Part shown: positions 18,400 to 28,232 of the stretch, piece by piece
Layout: each line of letters begins with the position of its first letter
How positions within the stretch are numbered: position 1 is the first letter of the stretch
Origin: an uncultured Actinomycetes bacterium
GTDB lineage: Bacteria > Actinomycetota > Acidimicrobiia > IMCC26256 > DASPTH01
Assembly (NCBI GenBank): GCA_963755855.1
Contig: CAVWLR010000009.1
Coordinates: 538,244-602,243 of the forward strand
Direction: 5' to 3'
Length of the DNA: 64,000 nucleotides
Made by a program: the position numbers and the translations under genes
Notes under the pieces: model-generated
The model's input: only the letters and a program-made list of their open reading frames with translations
The model's database searches: none
What the model was told of the DNA's origin: nothing

Positions 18400-19650
18400 T
18401 CAGGGCGTCGTGGAGGTGGTCGTGGACGCGGCCCGCCTCGGGGTCTTGACCACGATGGGTGTGGCGCACGCATAGGGCTCGACCACGAGGTAGCGCGTGC
18501 CGTCGCTCTGCGCGAGCGCGCCGCACGCGACACCCCTCGAGTGCGCGGCCGGCCACGTCGACGCACCGATGGTGTCGGTGACGCGGTACGAGAAGTGACG
18601 GGCGACGGCGAGGAAGCGCTCGCGGGTGAGCTGCTTGCCGGTCTTGGCGAGCATCGACAGGAAGAGGTCCGCGGACCAGTAGCCCGCAGCGATGCCGGGC
18701 GTCAGCGCGGTCCCGGGTGCGAACGCCTCGACGTCGGCCGCCAGGCGGCGGTTCGCCGTGGTGCGCTGCTCGAACGGCGCGTAGGGCACGAGCACGGTGA
18801 GGCCGTTCGCGACCACCGGGGTCGTCGGCTGGTACATCGCCGCGTCGGTGACCACGGTGCCGGTGAACCCGACCGTCGCGAGGAGCGGGGTGAGGCCGGT
18901 CGTGGCAGCAGGCGACGTGAGCAGCACGGTGGCCGCGGGCGCGCCGGTGACGAGCGTGCCCGCCAGGGGCACGAGGTCGGGCAGCGGCGCGGGCGGCGCG
19001 GGCACCGTGACCGACGCCTTGACGCGGAACCCGGCGGCCCGCAACGACGCCCGGGCCTGCGCCTCGCGGGCAGCGCCGAGCTCGCCGTCGTCGACCGCGA
19101 GCGTCACCTGGGAGCCCTGCGCGGTGCCGAGCAGCGAGCGCAGGCTCGCACCCAACGCGGGGCTGACGACCTTGCTCTGCAGCGCGGCCTGCGCGCCGAC
19201 GAACCCGAAGCCATAGGGGTTGGCGTCCCACGCGGTCGTGGTGGCCGAACCGACGAAGGGGATCGTGGCCTGGGCCAGCCCGGCGGCGTCCACCGTGTCG
19301 CCGACCGCGGGGACGACGGCGAACGCGGTCGCGGCGGCCGTCGCCGGATCGGTGGCGTTGCCGCCGTAGGTGACCATGCGCCCGGCCACTCCCCCACGCC
19401 GGTTCGCGCGCGCGAAGCGCGCCTGCGCGCCGACGTCGGCGCCGACCGACACGGGATCAGTGCCGACGAGACCGGCGACGGTGATCGCGGTGCGGGTCAC
19501 GCCCACCGTCGGCGCGGTCGCTCCACCCGCGCTCGGCGCGAGCACGGTCGCCACCGCGGCGACGAGCGCGACGGACGAGACGAGCGCGGTGGACGCACGG
19601 CGTGAAGGGCGTGGACGGCGTGACCGGCGTGGACGGAGTCGGAGGTGCAC
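18400..19650 (-). CDS. ABC transporter substrate-binding protein (Peripla_BP_6, Leu/Ile/Val-type)
   Basis: Lower 417 aa of shadow ORF 18400..20475. Start uncertain. N-region is Arg/Pro-rich, encoded by 9-bp repeats. Confidence 0.7.
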   Translation of the reverse strand: MHLRLRPRRSRRPRPSRRASTALVSSVALVAAVATVLAPSAGGATAPTVGVTRTAITVAGLVGTDPVSVGADVGAQARFARANRRGGVAGRMVTYGGNATDPATAAATAFAVVPAVGDTVDAAGLAQATIPFVGSATTTAWDANPYGFGFVGAQAALQSKVVSPALGASLRSLLGTAQGSQVTLAVDDGELGAAREAQARASLRAAGFRVKASVTVPAPPAPLPDLVPLAGTLVTGAPAATVLLTSPAATTGLTPLLATVGFTGTVVTDAAMYQPTTPVVANGLTVLVPYAPFEQRTTANRRLAADVEAFAPGTALTPGIAAGYWSADLFLSMLAKTGKQLTRERFLAVARHFSYRVTDTIGASTWPAAHSRGVACGALAQSDGTRYLVVEPYACATPIVVKTPRRAASTTTSTTP

Positions 19651-19655
19651 AGGGC

Positions 19656-20921
19656 CTACTTGATCGGGACGACGCGGCCGCACGTGTACGGCACCTTCAC
19701 CGCGTACGCGGTGCCGTTGCTCGACACCAGGGCGCCACACGGCGTGGGCAGTGAGTGCGCGGCGGGGAACGTGGTGGGTCCGACCGTCTTCGCGACCTCG
19801 TACCGGAACTTCGTGTTGGCGGCACGCTCGAGCGATGCGGTCGTGAGCTGCTTCCCCGCCTTCTGCACGGCGGCGAGGAACAGGTCGGCCGACCAGTAGC
19901 CCGCGATCACCGATTGGTCGATCGGCTGGTCGGGGGCGACCTTCTGCACGTCGGTGACGAGCTGCTGCATCGCCGGGTCGTCGGCCGCGCTCTCGACCGG
20001 CGCGGTCTGGGTCAGCACGTACGCACTCACCGCCGGCGCGACCAGGTTGGGCGCGTACTGGATCTGGTTGGTGAAGAGGCCGAGGTACCCGTTGGCGGTG
20101 AGCGCCTGCTGCATGCCGAACACGTTCGACGGACCGCCGACCACGAACACCGCGTCGGGGATGCCGCCGTTGTTGCTCGTGACCACGGCCTTGGCCACCG
20201 CGTCGTAGTCGGGCGTGGCCGGCGTGGCGAGCGCCTGCTTCGCGTAGGCCACCTCGAACCTGACGCTCCGAGCAGCGGCGCTGAGCGCGCCGAGGTCGTA
20301 CTGACCCGACGGCGTGTTCTCGGTGACGATCGCCACCGCGCGCCCGCTGGCACCGTTCGGCAGCAGCTTGCTGATCACCAGCGGCCACACGTTGCTGGTG
20401 GCGTGCTCCGGCACCGGGCACCCGCTGAAGCCGAAGCCGTACGGGTTGCCGCAGAAGTTCGACGACAGCGCCCACCCGAAGTACGGCACCTTCTTGCCCA
20501 CCAGGTACGAGGACGCAGCCAGGTCGGGGGTGACCGTGGGGACGACGGCGAACACGCCGTCCTGCTCCACCAGCTTCGTGGCCGCGGCGGTGCCGGCGTT
20601 CGGATCGCCACCGTCGTCGCTGAACCCGAGGTAGTCGATCGTGCGTCCGTTCACCCCGCCGGCGTCGTTCGCACGCTGGAAGCGCGCCTTCGCGCCGATG
20701 TCGGCACCGCCGTACACCGACGAGTACCCGAGGCCACCCACCCTGATCGAGGTCGCCGTCACCCCACGCCCTGCGCCGCCGCCACCCGACGCGGCCGCGG
20801 GCCGAGTCGTGGGCCGGGTCGTCGTGGTGGTCTGGGCGGCGGCGGTCGCTGCCGCAGCGGTGACGAGCGCGAGCACGAGGACCACCAGTGCGATCCGCCT
20901 CACGCGGCGATGCCGCCTCAC
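19656..20921 (-). CDS. ABC transporter substrate-binding protein (Peripla_BP_6, Leu/Ile/Val-type)
   Basis: 421 aa with a signal peptide. The alternative GTG at 20903 gives MRRIALVVLVLALVTAAAA. Confidence 0.8.
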   Translation of the reverse strand: MRRHRRVRRIALVVLVLALVTAAAATAAAQTTTTTRPTTRPAAASGGGGAGRGVTATSIRVGGLGYSSVYGGADIGAKARFQRANDAGGVNGRTIDYLGFSDDGGDPNAGTAAATKLVEQDGVFAVVPTVTPDLAASSYLVGKKVPYFGWALSSNFCGNPYGFGFSGCPVPEHATSNVWPLVISKLLPNGASGRAVAIVTENTPSGQYDLGALSAAARSVRFEVAYAKQALATPATPDYDAVAKAVVTSNNGGIPDAVFVVGGPSNVFGMQQALTANGYLGLFTNQIQYAPNLVAPAVSAYVLTQTAPVESAADDPAMQQLVTDVQKVAPDQPIDQSVIAGYWSADLFLAAVQKAGKQLTTASLERAANTKFRYEVAKTVGPTTFPAAHSLPTPCGALVSSNGTAYAVKVPYTCGRVVPIK

Positions 20922-20985
20922 GCGGCGATGCCTCTCACGCGGCGATGCCTCACGCCGATGCTCACGCGGCGATGCCTTCCCACAC
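20896..20985 (-). repeat. direct-repeat array of the 15-nt unit GGCATCGCCGCGTGA (minus-strand sense), four perfect copies plus one degenerate
   Basis: Seen directly. The first copy encodes the last residues and stop of the PTP gene (..GIAA*). Later copies run into the SBP start region. Units are spaced 15-18 nt, so the array is not frame-preserving. Confidence 0.7.
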
Positions 20986-21477
20986 GGGACGCAACGTGCT
21001 CAGCAGCTCGTGGATCTCCTGTGCGCACTCGTGGAACACCTCGGGCGTGCCGCCGGCGGGGTCGTCGACGTCCTCCCAGTCCTCGAGCTCCACCTCGTCG
21101 AGACGCAACGACGCCACGCGCTCGGCGAGGGAGCCGGAGGCGCCGGGCAGGTCGCGGGCGAGGCGCTTGAGCGTGCCCGTGCGCGCCGCCGCTTCGGGGT
21201 AGCGGCGACGCACGTACTGGACGTGCTCCCGGGCCATCGCGAGCACGAGGTCGGCGCCGGCGAGGTCGGCCAGCGCGAGCTGGCGACTGCGGTGCCCGTC
21301 GGTCTTGCCGCCCAACGCGACGATCGCGTCGCGGGTGCGCCAGCTCATCGGCATCCCCTCGATGACGTGGGTGCCACGGGTCGCGACGACGACCGCAGGG
21401 ACGTGCTCGGCGAGGATCGCGCCCGCCATCACCGACCGTGCCGCGTTGCCGGTGCACAACGTGACCAGGTGAGGCAT
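20962..21477 (-). CDS. low-molecular-weight protein-tyrosine phosphatase / ArsC-like
   Basis: CTGNAARS P-loop. Confidence 0.8.
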   Translation of the reverse strand: MPHLVTLCTGNAARSVMAGAILAEHVPAVVVATRGTHVIEGMPMSWRTRDAIVALGGKTDGHRSRQLALADLAGADLVLAMAREHVQYVRRRYPEAAARTGTLKRLARDLPGASGSLAERVASLRLDEVELEDWEDVDDPAGGTPEVFHECAQEIHELLSTLRPVWEGIAA

Positions 21478-21544
21478 CGGGCGGAGTCTAGAGACCGTGC
21501 CGCTCGGGCCGGTGTGCACGACGGAGCGCGGACATACTGCACCG

Positions 21545-22246
21545 ATGACCATCGACGTCCGTCCCGCAGCCGGTCGGTTCCACACCGAGCTGGACTGGCT
21601 CGATTCGTGGCACAGCTTCAGCTTCGGGTCGCATCGCGACCCCCGGAACACCGGCCATGGGCTCCTGATCGTGAACAATGACGACATCGTGCGCGGTGGG
21701 GGCGGCTTCGGCACGCATGCGCACCGCGACATGGAGATCGTCACCTGGGTGCTCTCGGGCGAGCTCGCCCACCGCGACAGCATCGGGACCGATGGCGTGA
21801 TCTACCCGGGCCTCGCGCAGCGCATGAGCGCGGGAAGCGGGATCCGCCACTCGGAGATGAACGCGAGCGCGAGCATCGACGTCCACCTGGTGCAGATGTG
21901 GGTGCTCCCCGACACGGAGGGCATCGCGCCCGGCTACGAGCAACGCGACCTGAACGACGCGCTCGACCGCGGAGGACTGGTCGTCGTCGCCTCGGGCCAG
22001 GGCCACGACGGCGCGGTGTCGATCCACCAACGCGACGCGACGTTCGCGGTCGGGCGGCTGGGTGCAGGCGATGCGGTTGCGATCCCCGAGGCGCCGCACG
22101 TGCACGTGTTCGTCGCGATCGGCGATGCCTCGCTCGACGGGCGCGCGCTCCGCACGGGTGACGCCGCCCGGCTCACCGACGCCGGCACGCCCACGCTCAC
22201 CGCCGGCGCCGAGGGCGCCGAGGTGCTCGTCTGGGCCACCTCCTAG
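21545..22246 (+). CDS. pirin family protein
   Basis: Cupin His motifs FGTHAHRDMEIVTWVLSGEL... Confidence 0.8.
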   Translation: MTIDVRPAAGRFHTELDWLDSWHSFSFGSHRDPRNTGHGLLIVNNDDIVRGGGGFGTHAHRDMEIVTWVLSGELAHRDSIGTDGVIYPGLAQRMSAGSGIRHSEMNASASIDVHLVQMWVLPDTEGIAPGYEQRDLNDALDRGGLVVVASGQGHDGAVSIHQRDATFAVGRLGAGDAVAIPEAPHVHVFVAIGDASLDGRALRTGDAARLTDAGTPTLTAGAEGAEVLVWATS

Positions 22247-22257
22247 GCGCGCACCCG

Positions 22258-23049
22258 GTGACCGTGCTCGCCGTCGACTGGTCGGGTCGCCAGAGCGGAG
22301 TGCGACAGCACCTCTGGACGGCGGAGGCGCACGACGGTGCACTGGTGCGGCTCGAAGCCGGCCGCACGCGCGACGAGGTGATCGACTCGCTGGTGGCCCG
22401 GGCTGCGGAGCGCCCGGGCGTGGTGGTGGGGTTCGACTTCTCGTTCTCGCTGCCCGAGTGGTACCTACGTGAACGCGGCCACGAAGGGCCGCGCGCCCTC
22501 TGGGATGCAGCCGCGGTCCACGGGGAGGAGTGGCTGCGCGAGTGCGCGCCGCCGTTCTGGGGCCGGCCGGGACGGCCGCGGCCCGACCTCCCCGAGCACC
22601 TGCGACGGACCGAGGCGGCGACCGGCGCAGTGGGCGGGATCAGCCCCAAGTCGACCTTCCAGGTCGGAGGGGCCGGGAGCGTCGGGACCGGATCGATCCG
22701 CGGCTTCCCCGCCCTCGCCCGGTTGCAGGACGCCGGCTACGCGATCTGGCCCTTCGACGCGCCCCTGGACGGCCCGGTCGCGGTGGAGATCTGGCCCCGG
22801 TCGTTCACGGGCCCGGTGGTGAAGTCGGATCCGGCGGCGCGGGCGGCCCACCTCGCCGCTTCGCTCCCCGACCTCGAACCGTCGCTCGGCGCGCTCGCGG
22901 TCGGCAGCGAGGATGCGTTCGACGCCGCAGTGTCGGCGGTCGTCATGTCGCGGCACGAAGCGGCACTGCGAGCCCTGCCCGTCGTCGACGACCCCACGCT
23001 CCGGCGCGAAGGCAGGGTGTGGGCACCCGCAGGTGGATCAGGCGGCTGA
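22258..23049 (+). CDS. hypothetical protein (possibly DUF429 / RNase H-like)
   Basis: 263 aa in a single frame. Weak resemblance only. Confidence 0.45.
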   Translation: MTVLAVDWSGRQSGVRQHLWTAEAHDGALVRLEAGRTRDEVIDSLVARAAERPGVVVGFDFSFSLPEWYLRERGHEGPRALWDAAAVHGEEWLRECAPPFWGRPGRPRPDLPEHLRRTEAATGAVGGISPKSTFQVGGAGSVGTGSIRGFPALARLQDAGYAIWPFDAPLDGPVAVEIWPRSFTGPVVKSDPAARAAHLAASLPDLEPSLGALAVGSEDAFDAAVSAVVMSRHEAALRALPVVDDPTLRREGRVWAPAGGSGG

Positions 23050-23763
23050 CTGCGCCTTCGCCAGGCGCGCCACCGACTGCACGATGGCGGGTTGCAACGC
23101 CGCCGAGAGGTCGACGTCGGTGGTCCACGAGTAGCCGACCAGCGCGTCGCCGACCCTCGCCGTGACCACACCGATGCCGACGGTCTGCGTGCCGGTCTTC
23201 AGGTTGACGTCGATGGTGCCCTGGTAGGCCACCGCTTCGTCGCCGACGTGCACGTCGGCCACCGGTGAGATCGTCGTGTTCACCGACACCAGCTGCTTGC
23301 GGACGGCGGGCTGCTTCGCGAGCTGCTGCTCGTACACCGAGCTGAACAGCTTCTCGAGGCAGGTGGGGAGATCGCCCTCACCGAACTGGTGGATGGCTGC
23401 CTGCGCCTTCGCGGTCGACGGGTAGACGCTCACGGTGTTGGTGACGTCGGACTGCTCGTGATCGAACGTGGGCGACTTGGCCCGCGGGTTCTTCTTGTTC
23501 GCCGTGCTGAACGCGACGAACGGCTTGCACGACGCGATCTTCGCTCCGGCTGCGAGCTGCGCGGCATCGGAGGTCTGGCCACGCGCGCTCGACGTCCACC
23601 CGGCCGGGAAGTCGGACTGCACGAGCACGCCGGCCTGGGCGATCTCCTTCGCCGACGACGCCGCGGCACCCGGGGTCGCCAGCCCCGCGACCGTGCCTGC
23701 GAGCACGACGCCGACGACGAGAGCACGGGCGACCGCGCCACGGACGCCGACCCACCGCCGCAT
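23038..23763 (-). CDS. secreted hypothetical protein (paralog A, 2 conserved Cys)
   Basis: Signal peptide MRRWVGVRGAVARALVVGVVLAGTVAGLATPGAAAS. Stop and start overlap the upstream paralog (ATGA). Confidence 0.55.
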   Translation of the reverse strand: MRRWVGVRGAVARALVVGVVLAGTVAGLATPGAAASSAKEIAQAGVLVQSDFPAGWTSSARGQTSDAAQLAAGAKIASCKPFVAFSTANKKNPRAKSPTFDHEQSDVTNTVSVYPSTAKAQAAIHQFGEGDLPTCLEKLFSSVYEQQLAKQPAVRKQLVSVNTTISPVADVHVGDEAVAYQGTIDVNLKTGTQTVGIGVVTARVGDALVGYSWTTDVDLSAALQPAIVQSVARLAKAQSAA

Positions 23764-24476
23764 CACGTCGGGGGTCGCACGAGCGCGGTGCGCAGCCGCG
23801 CGACCGACGCGTCGATGGCGGGCGTGAGGACATCGGTGAGCGAGGTCCCGTCGGTGGAGTACGAGACGACGTCGACGGTGCGGCCCACACGCACCGCGGC
23901 GGCCCCGATGCCGAGCTTCGACTGCGTGCCGTCGGTGCCGGTCAGGGCCACGCTGCCCTCGTACACGACGCTCTCGTCGCCGAGCTCGGCGATGTCCTGG
24001 CGGTCGAGGTCGACCGTGACGTCGTCGATCGCCTGCTGCGTGCTCGCACCTTGACGGATCTGCTTCTCGAACAGGTTCTCGAGGCACCCGACCATGCTCG
24101 ACTTGGCGTAGAGCACGAGCGCAGCGCTGGCGGCCTTGTCGGTCGGGAACACGTCGACCTCGTTGCTGATGCTGCGCGACGCGTCGTCGAACTTCGGCGA
24201 CTTCGCCTGCGGCAGGGGGATCAGCGCCTTCTGCAGCGTCACGTAGGGCGCGCATCCGTCGACGCCCTTGGCCAGCTTGACGTTGTCGGCGTGTGAGCTC
24301 CCCGACGCCGCCGACGGCGTGAAGCCGGCGGGAAAGTCGTCGCCGACGAGCACCCCCGTGCGGGCGATCGTGGAGTCACCGCTCGTGGAGGCCGCGGCCG
24401 GCGCAGTCGCCGCGAGCGCGGTGAGGAGCACTGCGACCGCGAGCGCGCGCGACGAATGCCGGAGTCCAGAGCCCAT
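23763..24476 (-). CDS. secreted hypothetical protein (paralog B)
   Basis: Signal peptide MGSGLRHSSRALAVAVLLTALAATAPAAAS. Shares DFPAG(W/F)T and the Cys pattern with paralog A. Confidence 0.55.
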   Translation of the reverse strand: MGSGLRHSSRALAVAVLLTALAATAPAAASTSGDSTIARTGVLVGDDFPAGFTPSAASGSSHADNVKLAKGVDGCAPYVTLQKALIPLPQAKSPKFDDASRSISNEVDVFPTDKAASAALVLYAKSSMVGCLENLFEKQIRQGASTQQAIDDVTVDLDRQDIAELGDESVVYEGSVALTGTDGTQSKLGIGAAAVRVGRTVDVVSYSTDGTSLTDVLTPAIDASVARLRTALVRPPT

Positions 24477-24546
24477 CACCCGCAATGTATGGGCTCGACG
24501 CGCGCATACTTGATCACCTTGGCCTCCCTCGCGCCGCGTCTCGCCC

Positions 24547-26590
24547 GTGCCACTGCCGCGCGGCCGAACGGCGTGCACCTGGGTCGTGGCGACGGTGGCG
24601 TTCCTGCTGCTGGTGCAGGTGCTGTGGGGACCGCCGGCGGGCATCGTCGTGCAGGGCGCGCTGCTCGGGGGCCTCGAGCGCGCTGCTCGCACTCGGCCTC
24701 GCGCTCGTCTACCGCGCCCACCGCATCCTCAACTTCGCCCAGGGCGACCTCGGTGCGGCACCGGCGTCGCTCGCGGTCCTGCTCGTCGTCACCAGCGGCG
24801 CCAGCTGGATCGTCGCCTTCGTCGCCGGGCTCGCGACCGCGGTCGTGCTCGGAGTGGCGGTGGAGATGGTGGTGATCCGGCGGTTCTTCCGGGCGCCGCG
24901 CCTCGTGCTCTCGGTGGCGACGATCGGCCTGGCCCAGGTGCTCGCCGGTCTCGGGCTCCTCCTGCCCGGCTGGTTCGGGGTCGACCTGCCGCCGCAGAGC
25001 TTCCCGGCTCCGTTCGACGTCTCGTTCACCGTCGCGCCGCTGCGCTTCGGCGGCAACGACGTGGTGGCGCTCATCGTGATCCCGCTCGCGTTCGTCGGTC
25101 TCGCCCTGTTCCTGCGCACGCGCTTCGGGTTGGCGATGCGGGCGTGCGCCGACGACGTCGACCGGGCCGCCCTGGTGGGGATCCCGGTGCGGCGCGTGCA
25201 CTCGGTGGTGTGGGCGATCGCCGCGCTCCTCGCGTTCCTGGCCGTGTTCCTGCGGGCCGGGATCGTCGGCCTGTCGCTCGGCACCGTGCTGGGTCCGGCC
25301 CTCCTCCTCCCGGCGCTGGCCGCCGCCGTCATCGGACGGATGGAACGGCTGCCGACCATCGCGGCGGCGGCGATCGCGCTGGGCATCGTCGAGCAGTCGG
25401 TCCTGTGGGGGTGGAACGAGCCGAGCGACGTGTACCCCGTGCTGTTCGTGGTCGTCGTGGTCGCGGTCTGGTTCACCCCGGTCGGCGCCGGTCTGCGGAC
25501 CCGGCTCGAGTCGTCGACCTGGCGCGCGGTGCGCGAGCCCCGACCGATCCCCCGGCAACTCGCCCGACTGCCCGAGGTGCGCATCGCGAGGGCTGCGCTC
25601 GTGACCGCGGTCGTCGTGGCACTCGCGCTCGTCCCGGTGGTGTTCACCGAGAGTCGCACCAACCTCGCCGCGGTCGCAGTGGTGTACGCCGATCATCGCG
25701 CTCTCGCTCGTGGTGCTCACCGGCTGGGCCGGCGAGATCAGCCTGGGTCAGATGGCGTTCGTGGCCGTGGGCGCGGCAGTGGGCGCGTCGCTCACCGCAC
25801 GCCTCGGGTGGGACCTCGCACTCGGACTCCTCGGTGCGGGGGTGGTCGGTGCCGCACTGGCCGCGCTCATCGGGCTCCCCGTGCTCCGGCGACGCGGCCT
25901 CACGCTCGCGGTCGTCACGCTCGCGTTCGGGTTGGCCACGAGCGCCTGGCTGCTGAGTCCCCGGATCTTCGGCGACGGCACCCGCTTCGACTGGCTGCCG
26001 CCGGCACGTGTCGAGCGCCCCGACCTGTTCGGCGTGATCGACGTGCGTTCCGAGTCGAGCTACTACCTCCTCTGCCTGGTCGCGCTCGCGCTCGTGATCG
26101 TCGCCGTCGTCGGGATCCGTCGCAGCCGCACCGGGCGCGCGTTGGTGGCGATCCGCGAGAACGACCGCGCCGCGAGCGCGTTCGGCGTGAACCCGCGCAC
26201 CACCACCCTCGAGGCCTTCGCGATCTCGGGGTTCCTCGCCGCGTTCGCCGGCGCGCTGTTCGTGCACCAGCAGAACGGGCTCCAGATCGACTCGTACAGC
26301 GCGGGCGAGAGCCTCGTGGTGTTCACCATGGTGGTGATCGGTGGACTCGGCTCGGTGCCCGGCGCGCTGCTCGGCGCGCTGTTCGTGCGGGGCGTGACGT
26401 GGTGGCTGCCGGTGGAGTGGCAGATCGTGGCCACCGGCGCCGGCATGCTGCTCGTGCTGCTCGTGTTCCGCGGCGGGCTCGGCGCCGCGCTCGCCGACGC
26501 ACGCGACGCGCTGCTCCGCTCGGTCGCGCGTCGACGCGCGATCGCCGTCCCTGCGCTGCTCGGCACGACGGCGCCGCGTTCCCGGAGCGA
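24547..26590 (+). pseudogene. fused LivH-LivM-type branched-chain amino acid ABC permease, at least 2 frameshifts (about 24670 and 25700)
   Basis: The LivH N-terminus is in the frame of ORF 24547, the body in the frame of ORF 24485. The LivM part continues in the frame of ORF 25710 (VYA|IIALSLVVLTGWAGEISLGQ). Confidence 0.6.
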
Positions 26591-26595
26591 CCCGC

Positions 26596-28195
26596 GTGGA
26601 GGTGGCCGCGGCAGACCTGTGCGACGACGCGCTCCTGCAGGTCACGGGCACTCGACCGTCGAACGCGACGGCGTCCCCGTGCTCGAAGGCGTCGACCTCG
26701 ACGCGCGCGCGGGCGAGATCGTCGCGCTGCTCGGGCACCAACGGCTCGGGCAAGTCGACGCTGCTCGACACCGTCGCCGGCCTGCACCGACCGCGTCGCG
26801 GTCACGTGACCATCGACGGCGTCGACACCACTCGCATCCGGACCGAACGACTCGTCGCGCGCGGTGTCGCCGAGGCGCCGGCCGACCACGGCGTGTTCCC
26901 GTCGCTCACCGTCGCGCGAGCACCTGCGTCTGGCCGTCTGGCAGGTACCCGACCGCGTGGCGTCGCGCGCGGCCTTGGCCGACGCGCTCCTGCTCTTCCC
27001 CCGGCTCGAGGAGCGCGCGGGTCAGCGGGCGGGTGACCTCTCGGGCGGCGAGCAGCACATGCTCACCCTGGCGATGGCGCTCGCGGCCGCGCCCGCGCCT
27101 CCTCCTCGTCGACGAGCTGTCGCTCGGCCTCTCGCCCGAGGCCACCCGCAGGGTCCACGAACGGCTGCGAGCGCAGCGCGAGGCCGGGGTCGCGGTGGTG
27201 GTGGTCGAGCAGTCGATCGACCGCGCGATCGAGCTGGCCGACCGTGCCGTCTTCCTCGACCGGGGCGCCGTCCGCTACTCGGGGCCGCCCGCCGGGCTGC
27301 TCGAGCGCACCGATCTCGTGCGCGCGACCTTCCTCGGCGCGGCGGCGGCACCGGCCGCCCCGACCGCGGACGTGACGACCGCGACCTCTGGCACCGCGGA
27401 CCAACGGTCCGCACGCACTCCGCGCTCGAGCTGCGCGACGTCGGCGTGCGCTTCGGCGGCGTCGACGCCCTCGCCGGGGTGTCGCTCGACGTCGCGCGCG
27501 GCGAGATCGTCGGCATCATCGGGCCGAACGGCGCGGGCAAGACCACGCTCTTCGACGTCGTGTCCGGCTTCGTGCGGCCCGACCGCGGCACGATCGGGCT
27601 CCGAGTCGATCCCGAACGCCCTGCGCGCGACGTGACCCACCTCGCACCCCACGCGCGCGCGTCGCTCGGTCTCGGGCGGTCGTTCCAGGACGGGCGACTC
27701 TTCCCCGCGCTGACGGTGCGCGAGACCATCGCGGTCGCGTGCGAGCGAGCGGTGCGCGTGCGCAACCCGGTCGCCGCCGCGCTGCACCTCCCCGCGGTCG
27801 CGCGGTCGGAGCGCGCGGTCCGCGCCCGCGTCGACGAGCTCGTGGAACGGCTGCACCTCGAGCCCTACGCCGATCGCTTCGGCCACGAGCTCTCGACCGG
27901 CACCCGGCGGATCGTCGACCTCGCGTGCGTGCTCGCGCACGCGCCGACCGTGCTCCTCCTCGACGAGCCTGCCGCCGGGGTCGCGCAGCGCGACGCCGAG
28001 GCGCTGGGCCCGTTGCTCACCGAGCTCCGCGACCAGCTCGGCGCCGCGATCCTGGTGGTCGAGCACGACCTCGGGGTCCTCGGCGCGGTCGCCGACCGTC
28101 TGGTGGTCCTCGACCGCGGCCGGGTCGTGGCCGACGGGCTGCCGGCAACGGTGCTCGGCGATCCCGTCGTCGTCCGCTCCTATCTGGGCAGCTGA
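26596..28195 (+). pseudogene. tandem or fused LivG/LivF-type ABC ATPases, at least 5 frameshifts
   Basis: ATPase segments alternate between the frames of ORFs 26596, 25710, 26596, 26864 and 25710. The second ATPase (GPNGAGKTT...LLLDEPAAG) reads 27410..28195 in the frame of ORF 26864. Confidence 0.6.
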
Positions 28196-28232
28196 CTCCG
28201 GTCGGGCCGTCCCACGCGCGACGATCGGCCCC

